Source: a virus. Taken from it: a DNA stretch of 64,000 nt. Both the position numbers and the translations under genes were made by a program. The notes beneath the pieces are model-generated. The model was given only the letters and a program-made list of their open reading frames with translations, did no database searches and was not told the origin of the DNA. The DNA is taken from positions 32,001 to 96,000 of IMG/VR virus record IMGVR_UViG_3300046787_000316. The stretch is one strand, 5' to 3'. Positions 46,462 to 56,193 of the stretch are shown piece by piece. How positions within the stretch are numbered: the stretch's first letter is position 1; each line of letters begins with the position of its first letter.

Positions 46462-47062
46462 AATGTGGGAATTTTGATTTATAGTTGTAATATATTACAT
46501 CCGATGGTATTTCTCTTTTTGTATTCCAAGTTGCTTCCGTTGGTGTATAAGTTGAAACATTATTATCTTCTACTACGAAATATAAAGGTAAGTCAAAGTT
46601 TTTAGCATACTTATGTACTTCATAAAATATACCACTTTCAAAACTCATATCACCTACAAAACACCAAACTTTTTCATCACTACCACTATCTTTTAAAGAT
46701 TTGGCAACACCCAATGCAATTGAAAGAGTTCCACCAACAATTGCCGATGAATATAATTTTTCATCCGAATTGCATAATGTGATTGATTTTCCTTTAAGGA
46801 TTTCATCTTCAATCCAAATTGGACAAACACCTTTAAGTAATGCATGATAATGCGAACGCCAAGTTGAAAACACCCAATCGGTTGATTTTATTCTTTTGAA
46901 TATTTCAATCAATTGCTCTTCATTTCCTTCCGATAAATGAATGGGGCCCCTAATCTTTGCATCTTCCCAATGCTTCACAATCATTTCTTCAAAATTGATT
47001 AAATCTTCCGAAGTGTATTCCACATCATTTACAATTGGATACTTATCGATATTCTGTATCAT
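46433..47062 (-). CDS. TPP-binding E1 alpha-like subunit (short)
   Basis: GPIHLSEGNE, STWRSHYH, GDMSFESG...VEDNN TPP motif. Confidence 0.8.
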   Translation of the reverse strand: MIQNIDKYPIVNDVEYTSEDLINFEEMIVKHWEDAKIRGPIHLSEGNEEQLIEIFKRIKSTDWVFSTWRSHYHALLKGVCPIWIEDEILKGKSITLCNSDEKLYSSAIVGGTLSIALGVAKSLKDSGSDEKVWCFVGDMSFESGIFYEVHKYAKNFDLPLYFVVEDNNVSTYTPTEATWNTKREIPSDVIYYNYKSKFPHYGTGKWIAF

Positions 47063-47811
47063 ATTAGTTTTATTTCAGTTAACTTATTATATATTCGCTG
47101 TGCTACTTCCTTATGCCCTTCGATGGATAAATGTGGGTCTGGCACTGGACAATTTGGTATATCCATTATTCTCATTTCATTATTACTAGCCCATGCTCCC
47201 AAATTATCACCATCAAATTTTATAAAATTATTTGCTTCATTAAATTGAGTTGGATTACCATCATACGAAAGCCATAATGTATCTATACCTTTTGATTTTA
47301 ACCATAAATCATACATCTCAATATCTCTAATTAAATTATTCACAACATCGGTTTCATTGTAAATATATGATAAGTAATTAGTATAGTACTCATGTAATGG
47401 TTTGTATGCGTAGTTTCCTAAAAATGGTGGTTCTGAAAATTCAGTTCTATTTAATTTTATAAACTCATTTGTAAAATCATAATAAACGTGCTGTCTAGTA
47501 AACATTGTCAACTGTCCTATCATTAAAACACGTTGAGTTGGTTTTGGATTTGAAAAGTATTTATAAATTTTTCTAAAAATCAAATCATTAGATGACATCG
47601 ATTCGGCAGTATTTATAAACTTACATCCGAATAAATTAGCCAAATATACTATGTAATTATTATCTTTTTTAAATTTTATAGTATCAGGATGCATGAACCC
47701 AATACTATCATCATTTATATTATTTATAAATTTATAAACGTTTGGATTATCCAGTCCACCACCTTCGGTAAAACTACAACCAAATCCTACTATTAAATCG
47801 TATTGCTTCAT
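47059..47811 (-). CDS. SGNH/GDSL-like protein
   Basis: VGFGCSFTEG, DPHLSIEGH. Confidence 0.55.
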   Translation of the reverse strand: MKQYDLIVGFGCSFTEGGGLDNPNVYKFINNINDDSIGFMHPDTIKFKKDNNYIVYLANLFGCKFINTAESMSSNDLIFRKIYKYFSNPKPTQRVLMIGQLTMFTRQHVYYDFTNEFIKLNRTEFSEPPFLGNYAYKPLHEYYTNYLSYIYNETDVVNNLIRDIEMYDLWLKSKGIDTLWLSYDGNPTQFNEANNFIKFDGDNLGAWASNNEMRIMDIPNCPVPDPHLSIEGHKEVAQRIYNKLTEIKLI

Positions 47812-48353
47812 CTATCTCTTTTTTGTAATATGGGATTGGTGGTAGGCCATTCCATTTGATATTCCGGGTCGTTCCATTTAATTACACCTTGCTCATTTGC
47901 ATCTATATATTCTCCATTGTAAAATAAATTGTAATGAAACATACAATCGGTAAGTGCATAGTGACCATTTGCAAACCCAGGAGGAACTAATACCTGTTGC
48001 CTGTTACGTTCGGATATGATAAATGATTCCCAATCCCCAAAGGTAGGCGAACCTTCTCTTACATCCAAAACAATGAGGTATATTTCCCCAACAACGGCTT
48101 GGACTAACTTCCAAGTTTTAGTATCATAGTGTAATCCTCGTAATACGTTTTTGTAGGAACGAGAGAATCTACCGTGAATACTAATTTCTGATTTATCATA
48201 GTGAATATGATTCATTACTGGATGTTCCTCACTATGAAATGTAGTAAATATTTCACCCCTATATTCTCTGTAAATAGATGGGGTAAAAATAGGTACTTCG
48301 TACTCAAATATTTTTGATGGAGTTTCTATAAACTCATTCCATTTATTACTCAT
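47808..48353 (-). CDS. rmlC: dTDP-4-dehydrorhamnose 3,5-epimerase family
   Basis: EYRGEIF, SYKNVLRGLHY, LDVREGSPTFG, VPPGFANGH, GVIKWNDP. Confidence 0.9.
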   Translation of the reverse strand: MSNKWNEFIETPSKIFEYEVPIFTPSIYREYRGEIFTTFHSEEHPVMNHIHYDKSEISIHGRFSRSYKNVLRGLHYDTKTWKLVQAVVGEIYLIVLDVREGSPTFGDWESFIISERNRQQVLVPPGFANGHYALTDCMFHYNLFYNGEYIDANEQGVIKWNDPEYQMEWPTTNPILQKRDR

Positions 48354-48354
48354 A

Positions 48355-49326
48355 CTATGTATTTTTTGCGTATCCTAATGGGAATCCGTTTCTAAACTCT
48401 GCTCCCATCTTAGGAACAATCATTTGGTAGGCTTGAATTAATTCAGTTATACCCTTATCCAAATTCCAATGTGCTCTCCATCCAGTCGCTTCTATTTTAG
48501 CGTTCGATACAATGTAATCTCTTTTATCAGGGTCCTCATAAAAGTCGTTGTATGATACCGCAAAATCCTTTACATGAGATTGTATCTTTTCTAATAACTC
48601 TTGCTTTGATAAATTGGCAGAACTTAATCCTACGTTAAATACTTCACCTTTGTAAGTATCATATCTATCTAACATAAACATAAACACATTTGCTACATCC
48701 CTAATATGAATAAAGTTTCGTTTGAAATTCTTTTCAAATACAACAATGTATTTATCGGTAATTGCTTTGTAAACAAAATCGTTTACTAATAAGTCGGTTC
48801 TCATTCTTGGCGATACACCAAACACAGTTGCTAATCGGAATATAATAGCATCTGTTTCTTTTAATAATAAATTTTCAGCTTCGCACTTTGTTTTACCATA
48901 AACTGAAATAGGGTTTAGTGGTGATTCTTCCGTACATTCCGTTTGTCCTTCGCCTATTCCATATCCACTATTAGTATTTGGATATAATATTTTTTTACCA
49001 GTCCCCTTTGTGAATCTAACAATATTTTCAATTTGTGTATAATTTACATCCAATGCCAACTGCGGGTCGGCATCGCAAGCAGGGAATCCTACAATAGCTG
49101 CTAATGGAATAATAGCATCCGCTTCATTACAACACTTTTCCAATAATGTCGTATTACGGACATCTCCATAAATGAATTTGAATTTAGTTGTAAATGTATA
49201 TTGTAATAACGATGTTTGATTGAATAATAATTTATCCAAAACAGTCACATGGTGTCCTTCATCTAATAACCTACCAACTATAACCGAGCCTAAGTATCCA
49301 GCTCCTCCTGTTATCAATACTTTCAT
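48355..49326 (-). CDS. Extended SDR NAD-dependent sugar epimerase/dehydratase
   Basis: LITGGAGYLG, YGKTK (YxxxK), FRLATVFGVSPRMR. Confidence 0.9.
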   Translation of the reverse strand: MKVLITGGAGYLGSVIVGRLLDEGHHVTVLDKLLFNQTSLLQYTFTTKFKFIYGDVRNTTLLEKCCNEADAIIPLAAIVGFPACDADPQLALDVNYTQIENIVRFTKGTGKKILYPNTNSGYGIGEGQTECTEESPLNPISVYGKTKCEAENLLLKETDAIIFRLATVFGVSPRMRTDLLVNDFVYKAITDKYIVVFEKNFKRNFIHIRDVANVFMFMLDRYDTYKGEVFNVGLSSANLSKQELLEKIQSHVKDFAVSYNDFYEDPDKRDYIVSNAKIEATGWRAHWNLDKGITELIQAYQMIVPKMGAEFRNGFPLGYAKNT

Positions 49327-49327
49327 A

Positions 49328-50062
49328 TTATAATTTTTCTAAATCTTTACAAAATTTCATTAAGTGGTTGTTGTTACCTGTCATGTCCCAAAACTTATAA
49401 TCAGTTTCGTTTTCAAAATTAAAACAACATAATAATCCTAACTCACTTTTATCAACTAATTGAAATCCATGTTTATTTTTAGTTACAAGATTTGGTAAGT
49501 TTTTTCTGAAATCATTAACAACCGAGCCATCTAATTTTTTATTAGAAACTATAAAGAAATCACTATAACATTCTTGCGACCAACTAAAATCTCCCTTAGT
49601 ATCAGCTGAACCTATAAAGTATGGTGCGTTAACATAATCTCTTAACTTACCACCCAATGTTTCGGAATATACTAATTCATCATCAATCCATAATTCATAA
49701 GTAAACGTATCCCCATCCCAATTTAATGTAAATAAATGTGGTTCTGCCCAAAATTCTTCATCTTTATAGAACAAAATCTTATCGGCATATTTTTCTACCT
49801 CATCTTCCACATACCAAAAATTCAACATTAACATATCGGGTTTTCTATAAACGATTCCCGTATGTAATCCTCTTCTCATAAAGATTCCAGCCATATCATC
49901 TATTTTGGAATCATCTTCTCCTCGTTTCCAAGTTCCACTAATAGTCCAACTTGATTCATTCATTACATAAAAAGCAGATGTATCAATAATCCCATAGGCG
50001 TTATGTGGCCACCAAGGCAAATCTGCTAATATCAATGGTTCTTTGTGTTTTATTTTGTACAT
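49328..50062 (-). CDS. Stand-alone LamG/ConA-like lectin-fold protein
   Basis: Beta-rich; YFIGSAD...SDFF...KKLD and FWDMTGNNNH pattern also seen in the GT7 inserts. Confidence 0.55.
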   Translation of the reverse strand: MYKIKHKEPLILADLPWWPHNAYGIIDTSAFYVMNESSWTISGTWKRGEDDSKIDDMAGIFMRRGLHTGIVYRKPDMLMLNFWYVEDEVEKYADKILFYKDEEFWAEPHLFTLNWDGDTFTYELWIDDELVYSETLGGKLRDYVNAPYFIGSADTKGDFSWSQECYSDFFIVSNKKLDGSVVNDFRKNLPNLVTKNKHGFQLVDKSELGLLCCFNFENETDYKFWDMTGNNNHLMKFCKDLEKL

Positions 50063-51462
50063 TATAACTGTATTTCTTTTGTGAAATTATAAAATTCTTC
50101 TAATTCTGGGAATGTTTTACAAAAATCCGTTCCTCTTCTTTTGTCGTGTTCACTAAAGAATTTGTGGAAATTATATCTAGCTTTATGCAACTCCCCATTA
50201 TCAATTGGAGATATCGACCAATCGTATGTTCTTTTCAATTTTTGTATTTCTAAATCGGAATACCCAACGTATCCTTTTGAATAATATGGAATCCCATAAT
50301 AAAATGCTAATTGAGCTTGGTCAAATATATTTTGCTTAAATTGATGTGGTAGGATTTGTACCGTTTGATGACGAGGATGTCTTAGATATGATGTATCTAA
50401 TAATACAGGCGATAACCAATATCTATCATCTCCAGCATACTCTCTCTTCAAATCATACACTCCTTTAATTAATTTATCAAAACTGAATACTGATAACATA
50501 TTGTATGTTACCATAAATGTAATAGTGATTCTCGGAACTTCTCTTAAAATTCTATTTACATTATTCCAAAAACGATTAAACTCTAATCCGTTACGGATAT
50601 ATTCAGCTTGCTCTCCCCAACCATCACACGAAGTAAATAACACAAATCCCTTTACTTTATCTTCTTCTGTAATTCTTTTTAATTTTTCGATTAATTTAGT
50701 TATAAGCTCATCGCTAACTCCTAAATTGGAATTGATTGAGAAATCTAAATTTTTATTAGGATTTGGTTCATCAATTATATAATCCAAAACTTTCCAAGTA
50801 TCCTTTGATAACAATGGCTCTCCACCAGTTATTCTAAAAGTATGCAAATCTCTATACAAATCCGGCCACCATTTCCAAAATGCTTCTACATAAGGATTAT
50901 GTTCTCTATGTGGAATTGGCATCTTTTGTTCAGCTGCAAGATGTTTTAAATCATTGAAATTATCAGTTGTATTATACCCACCATGTTGCTGAATCTCTTC
51001 CATCCATTTAGATGAAAAAGTAGGTGAACAATATGAACAAGCAAAATTACAAATGTTTGAGAATGCAACCTCTACATATCTTGGATTAAAATCATCTCTC
51101 CAATTTGAATTTTTAATGGTTTCGAAATCAGGCCAAGACCAATCTTCGGATGATTTGAAAATTCTATCCGAATATAAATCCGAATTATCCTCAACTCCCC
51201 AACAATAATCACATTCCGTTGGCCTCGCACCGGACATCATTTCTTTTCTTTTCTGCTTCTTAAATAAAGTATTATGAAGTGCAGATGGGTTTCTAGCAAT
51301 CTCTGCTTCGGATACTTTGTGAGTATTAGGGTGGTGACAACTATGATTGTGACCGGTGTGTAAGTGAGTTGTAACTTGCGTCCATTTCGCTAAACACATT
51401 CCTTTACCAATGCCATCTAATGAATTTTTTACTTCTTCGTAAAGTGGTTTTTTATACGCCAT
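50062..51462 (-). CDS. Radical SAM protein with N-terminal SPASM/Twitch-like Cys cluster
   Basis: CNFACSYC (CxxxCxxC), ITGGEPLL; N-terminal CLAKW...SCHH...CDYCW. Confidence 0.85.
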   Translation of the reverse strand: MAYKKPLYEEVKNSLDGIGKGMCLAKWTQVTTHLHTGHNHSCHHPNTHKVSEAEIARNPSALHNTLFKKQKRKEMMSGARPTECDYCWGVEDNSDLYSDRIFKSSEDWSWPDFETIKNSNWRDDFNPRYVEVAFSNICNFACSYCSPTFSSKWMEEIQQHGGYNTTDNFNDLKHLAAEQKMPIPHREHNPYVEAFWKWWPDLYRDLHTFRITGGEPLLSKDTWKVLDYIIDEPNPNKNLDFSINSNLGVSDELITKLIEKLKRITEEDKVKGFVLFTSCDGWGEQAEYIRNGLEFNRFWNNVNRILREVPRITITFMVTYNMLSVFSFDKLIKGVYDLKREYAGDDRYWLSPVLLDTSYLRHPRHQTVQILPHQFKQNIFDQAQLAFYYGIPYYSKGYVGYSDLEIQKLKRTYDWSISPIDNGELHKARYNFHKFFSEHDKRRGTDFCKTFPELEEFYNFTKEIQL

Positions 51463-51464
51463 AA

Positions 51465-52874
51465 CTATGCTTTAACATTTATAAGTTTGTGTTTATTATA
51501 TATAGTATCGATTGATATTAATTCGTATTTCATTGAGTTAATACCATCCGATTTGTAATCAATTTTACCCTGCTGCATTTGTAATATATATCGTCTTTCA
51601 TTTCTTGCAGTAGTTTCTCCCTTTGCCCATTTATCAATTCCCCCAACATTAATTAATCCTTCGGTTTGATGTGGTAAGCATCTGAATTTACCATCCCTTC
51701 TATATGGTAAGACTGTATTTGGTACTGAAATAGTTTGATTTATAATTTCTACATTATCCATTTCCAATTCATCCATTGGTTGGGAGAAATCCAAATCAAA
51801 TACTAAATTATCAGTAGGCTGTATTTTATGTAAGTTTTGTATTTCATCTGCTGATAAACATCTATCCCACATTTTTATTTCGGAAATATAACCTTTGAAA
51901 AATTCTTCATTTGGTGATTTAGAATATCCAATTTGAAATTTATCCATCCCATAACGTTTCAATGGTTCATTATAAATTAATGGCGAATATGTACCAGTCC
52001 CCAATCTTGCATCACTTTCTTTACCATTTAGATAAAAATGAATTTGTTTTAATTCGGAATCAACTGCCATTGTCACCCAACTCCATTGATTTTCATAACG
52101 TTTAATCCATTGATATAAATGAGTCTTAACTCTATCCCATAACATAGCAGTATAAGCTCTACTATTATTAAATGATATTCCCCAATCGTATCCAGGTTTT
52201 CTGAATATTGGGTACTCTATAAATTGTCTTTCGGAATCTCCAATTAACCATATAGGAACTTTTTCAATTTGTTGGTCAGCTTTTACTAAAATAGAAACGG
52301 TATGTGATTGTGAAATACAATCTTTCATTTCTCTGCTAGGCCTGTATAATGCTTTGGAATTCAATCCATTAAAGTATCCAACTAATTTATCTTTATCAAA
52401 ATCCAATTGATTTCGTTGTGCATACCCTTCCATCACACATCTCCAAAATAAATCATCATCCTCCATTCCCCAATCCCAATAATCATTTGAATATCCATTA
52501 GTACGTTCTACTTGTTCTTTGGAAAATACAACTGCTCCACCAAAATACTCCTCATATTTTAATTGGTAATCCGATTGTGAAATTCTAACGGCAATGTGTT
52601 GTGGGTTATCAGTTGGAAATGAATAATCGCAACTATCATCTTCCGGCACCATATCAATATCATGCCAAACGATGTAATCACATCCATCATCAAATGCATG
52701 TTTAGCTGCAATGTTTTTCATTAAACCTCTATTAAAAAGTTTATCATCACATTGATGTGCTAAATAAATGGTATGTTCAATTCCTTTTGAATCTAAAAAA
52801 GCAGATACAATTGGAATGAATTGATTCATGTGTTCTTCTCGGTTTCTATATGGTACACATACTCCTAATTTCAT
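51465..52874 (-). CDS. GT7 (beta-1,4-galactosyltransferase-like) with inserted LamG-like domain
   Basis: VPYRNR, FNRGLMKN, HDIDMVP, YFGGAV, NGYSNDYWDWGMEDDDL; C-terminal RCLPH...DGINSMKY resumes after the insert. Confidence 0.85.
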   Translation of the reverse strand: MKLGVCVPYRNREEHMNQFIPIVSAFLDSKGIEHTIYLAHQCDDKLFNRGLMKNIAAKHAFDDGCDYIVWHDIDMVPEDDSCDYSFPTDNPQHIAVRISQSDYQLKYEEYFGGAVVFSKEQVERTNGYSNDYWDWGMEDDDLFWRCVMEGYAQRNQLDFDKDKLVGYFNGLNSKALYRPSREMKDCISQSHTVSILVKADQQIEKVPIWLIGDSERQFIEYPIFRKPGYDWGISFNNSRAYTAMLWDRVKTHLYQWIKRYENQWSWVTMAVDSELKQIHFYLNGKESDARLGTGTYSPLIYNEPLKRYGMDKFQIGYSKSPNEEFFKGYISEIKMWDRCLSADEIQNLHKIQPTDNLVFDLDFSQPMDELEMDNVEIINQTISVPNTVLPYRRDGKFRCLPHQTEGLINVGGIDKWAKGETTARNERRYILQMQQGKIDYKSDGINSMKYELISIDTIYNKHKLINVKA

Positions 52875-54301
52875 TATATACCTACGTTTATAGTTCTTAT
52901 ATTACCATTGGTTTCAACACCATAGGTATGATATTTTAAAGTACTCAATCCATCGTTTTCCAATAATGAATGATTACCATTTACTTCATTTACAAATCTT
53001 AACTGATTCCATCTAGTCGATTGGTCTTTCCAAGCATTTCCTACGAATCCATTCTCATCATGCTTCAATGATTTGAATAGTGATTTCCTACGATGTGGAA
53101 TATAGAAATCTTCATAATCATCTACCAATTCTTTTACAATTTCACATTTATATATAATACCATCATTATCATTGCCAGATAAATCAGTTAGTTTATAGTT
53201 TTCAATGTGGTTAGAATCATAATATGTTTTTAAATTATCAGCAGATTCATATTTTCCAAAATTCTCTGTTAATAGTTTAGTATTATTATTAGAAATATCA
53301 TAAATCTCATCAGCTGATAATTGATTATCATAGTATGCGAAATATTCAATAGTTCCTTTAAACCAATTTGGAATAATTTCCCTATCAGGATTACCAACTC
53401 CTAAATAAAAGTATGGTTCTTTTCTATATCTAGCATTATATCTACGAATTGGTTCAGTTTCTCCAACTAACTCACCATCTTGATACATTTTAATTATAGT
53501 AGATGCTGAATCGTATGATAAAGTAATATTGGTTTTATACTTAGGTTTAATATCTGTATTAAGATATATGGGTTTGAATTTACTATCAAATGTACAGAAG
53601 TTGTATCTATCAAATGACGTATATGATATAGCGAAATCGAAGCCAGGTATACTAAACGCAGTAAATTCATCTGATTGTTTGTTATGATTTAAAATTAAAT
53701 TATTAGGTCTGAAACATATCGATATAGTAAAGTCATTATTCAAATCAATAACATTTTTGGATTTAACATAAGCATTATCGCCATTAAATCTTAAAACATT
53801 ATTATTGTAACCTACGTTTTTTAATTCTATTTTATTTAATTCAACTGAATGATACTTACATCTCAACAATAAGTCATCATCTTCATATCCCCATCCCCAG
53901 TACTTATTAGAATAACCATCAATCTGCTCAAAGATATCCATTGGAAATAACGTAACACCGCCAAAGTATGTATCAAATACAACTCGTTCCTTCTCACCTT
54001 CACTTAATTCAAAATTAGTAGATAAATGTAATGGGATATCCGAATAAGAATAATCTACATCAATTGGTAGCATATCAACATCGTGGAATACTACATAATC
54101 ACATCTAAGCTTTTTAGCTTGCTTAAATCCGATATTAAGTAGCATCCCACGATTAAAAAGTTTGGCATCGTCTTGGTGAACTATAATTAATTCAAATCGT
54201 ATATTTTTAGTTCGTAAATAAGTTACAATTGATTGTTTAAATTGTTTCAAATGTAAATCACGACCTCTATACGGCACAACTATGCCAACTTTCCTATCCA
54301 T
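52874..54301 (-). CDS. GT7 (beta-1,4-galactosyltransferase-like) with inserted LamG-like domain
   Basis: VPYRGR, FNRGMLLNIG, HDVDMLP, YFGGV, DGYSNKYWGWGYEDDDL; KSLKH...DGLSTLKY after the insert. Confidence 0.85.
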   Translation of the reverse strand: MDRKVGIVVPYRGRDLHLKQFKQSIVTYLRTKNIRFELIIVHQDDAKLFNRGMLLNIGFKQAKKLRCDYVVFHDVDMLPIDVDYSYSDIPLHLSTNFELSEGEKERVVFDTYFGGVTLFPMDIFEQIDGYSNKYWGWGYEDDDLLLRCKYHSVELNKIELKNVGYNNNVLRFNGDNAYVKSKNVIDLNNDFTISICFRPNNLILNHNKQSDEFTAFSIPGFDFAISYTSFDRYNFCTFDSKFKPIYLNTDIKPKYKTNITLSYDSASTIIKMYQDGELVGETEPIRRYNARYRKEPYFYLGVGNPDREIIPNWFKGTIEYFAYYDNQLSADEIYDISNNNTKLLTENFGKYESADNLKTYYDSNHIENYKLTDLSGNDNDGIIYKCEIVKELVDDYEDFYIPHRRKSLFKSLKHDENGFVGNAWKDQSTRWNQLRFVNEVNGNHSLLENDGLSTLKYHTYGVETNGNIRTINVGI

Positions 54302-54482
54302 TTATGGTAGGGTCTTTTTGTTGAGTAGTTTTATGCCATTCGGCAAGATAGAATTGAATTCGGTTACTCCACTCATCTTTATCAATTTCTTCAAACCAAA
54401 TTGCTAAAGCGTCAACACTATTTGCTATCTTTTCTAATGCTTTTACTTCTCTTTCTTTTAATTTTAATTCGTCTGCTGTCAT
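54294..54482 (-). CDS. Small hypothetical protein
   Basis: 62-aa helical ORF with own promoter, overlapping the GT7 start. Confidence 0.6.
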   Translation of the reverse strand: MTADELKLKEREVKALEKIANSVDALAIWFEEIDKDEWSNRIQFYLAEWHKTTQQKDPTING

Positions 54483-54504
54483 TAGTGTTTAATTATTTAT
54501 ATTA

Positions 54505-54536
54505 CAAAGTTAGTGAATTTTTTTGATAAAACCAAA
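54505..54536 (-). promoter_or_regulatory. Bacteroidota-type housekeeping promoter (full consensus)
   Basis: Minus strand TTTG-N20-TAACTTTG, exact TTTG/TAnnTTTG match. Confidence 0.7.
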
Positions 54537-55388
54537 TTAAATTGATATTATTTTTTTAAGTAAATTATCCCATTGAGTGTATCCATTATAATCATCTGAA
54601 ATATTTTCAAAACCATATTCTGAATTATTTACATCTATTTCAAAATTATTACTTCTAATAGCTTGATACATTTTCAAATATTCTGCTGAAAATGCATAGG
54701 GTTTGCGCTCATCTGCCACTGTTTTAATCCTATCAACACAAGTTGAATCCCATTTAAAATGATGAACTTGCACATTATACTTATCAATTGGTGCTATTAA
54801 CGGATGATTCCATCCATGCCATCTCCAAGTTGAATGTCCATTTATTTTTGCATAATGTTGTCCTGCTGTAATTTCAATATTACCTTTCATAATACAAACC
54901 TTATTAGGACATGCTTCACTCATAGGATATCTAAAGAATCCAGCCAACGGAAATTGTTTAAATATATTTTTGTATGGTTCTATAACAGGGAATACACCAT
55001 TCTCACCAATTCTATCGATAAATCCTCCTCTAACTAATTCCCATCCATTAATTTCACAATCTTCAACAATATAACTTAGAGGTTGCGAATAAACATGAAA
55101 TTCATCATCATCTGAAACTACCCACCAATCATTTGGATGCATCAATTTAGTTTCATTATATAATTGGGTAACATATTCCCAATTAAACTTCTCTTTAACT
55201 TCCCTTCTAACTATCTTAGCATTTGGAAAATTAACTAATATGTTTGAGATTTCTGAATAAGTACTAAATCCTTCCCACTCATATACTACGATATAAATTT
55301 CATCAACTATATCCTTGTAATGATTCAGCATGTGCCACAATGTATTTGTACGTGAACCAGTAACCGTAACTAACCTTATCTTTTTCAT
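54537..55388 (-). CDS. GT2-like glycosyltransferase
   Basis: HMLNHY...VDEIYIVV, WWVVSDDDEF, VHHFKW. Confidence 0.65.
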   Translation of the reverse strand: MKKIRLVTVTGSRTNTLWHMLNHYKDIVDEIYIVVYEWEGFSTYSEISNILVNFPNAKIVRREVKEKFNWEYVTQLYNETKLMHPNDWWVVSDDDEFHVYSQPLSYIVEDCEINGWELVRGGFIDRIGENGVFPVIEPYKNIFKQFPLAGFFRYPMSEACPNKVCIMKGNIEITAGQHYAKINGHSTWRWHGWNHPLIAPIDKYNVQVHHFKWDSTCVDRIKTVADERKPYAFSAEYLKMYQAIRSNNFEIDVNNSEYGFENISDDYNGYTQWDNLLKKIISI

Positions 55389-55428
55389 TTTATTTTATTT
55401 TTAAGCTTTCTAAGCTTTTTTAGCTGTC

Positions 55429-56190
55429 TTATTTTCTGCTTAGCAGTGTCAAACCTGTCGAGGTAGGTCTTTTTGTGTCAAATATACGAAAATTTTTTAA
55501 ATTTACCAAGTCCCAATCTGGATTATCTTTTAATTCTTTAACAAATTTAGCAGGTCCATCAAATGTAGCAAAATCCTTTTTAGCATTTTCGGTAACAATA
55601 AACGTATCGTGGTATAGTTTATCGGTATCGTGAATTGTAATCAATCCATTTTCAGACATTATAGTAGAATATAATTCAAAATCTTTCTTAACTCCCTCAT
55701 AAGAATGGTCGCCATCTATATGTAGATAGTCAATTTTAATATCTTGTCTAACAAAGTAATCGTAAAACGCTCTCTCCGAAGTTTCTAATATAATTTGAGG
55801 ACTGAAATGTTTTCTAAGAAACGAATCTTCTTCAGTCCAATCGGTGAACCCACCAACTCCATTTGAAGCATCTACTATAATGGTTGTACCAACATCACCC
55901 CACTCATTGGATGGATTTCCTTCGAATATATTTTGAGAATGTAAATCAACTCTGGCTTGAGTCATAATACGTGGAATGAATCCACCACCACTACCAATAC
56001 AAACGCAGATTTTTGAACGAGAAAATTGTATGAATGAATATATTAACATTCCATCTCCTAAGTGTAAATCAGTTGCACCATGAGTCCATCTGTAATTTAT
56101 CGGAGTATGTATTTGATTACCCTCTTCATCGAAGTGATGATTATTAGTAAGGTAATCTTTAACAATATTTAGATTAAGTAACGATTGCAT
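55429..56190 (-). CDS. Class I SAM methyltransferase (Methyltransf_24-like, sugar O-methyltransferase candidate)
   Basis: CIGSGGG, IDYLHIDGDHSYEGVKKDF, ITIHDT. Confidence 0.8.
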   Translation of the reverse strand: MQSLLNLNIVKDYLTNNHHFDEEGNQIHTPINYRWTHGATDLHLGDGMLIYSFIQFSRSKICVCIGSGGGFIPRIMTQARVDLHSQNIFEGNPSNEWGDVGTTIIVDASNGVGGFTDWTEEDSFLRKHFSPQIILETSERAFYDYFVRQDIKIDYLHIDGDHSYEGVKKDFELYSTIMSENGLITIHDTDKLYHDTFIVTENAKKDFATFDGPAKFVKELKDNPDWDLVNLKNFRIFDTKRPTSTGLTLLSRK

Positions 56191-56193
56191 AAC

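Noticed and set aside
39857-47062. Pyruvate dehydrogenase as a central-metabolism auxiliary gene
   Set aside because: Both subunits are truncated, E2/E3 are absent and the context is entirely sugar modification.
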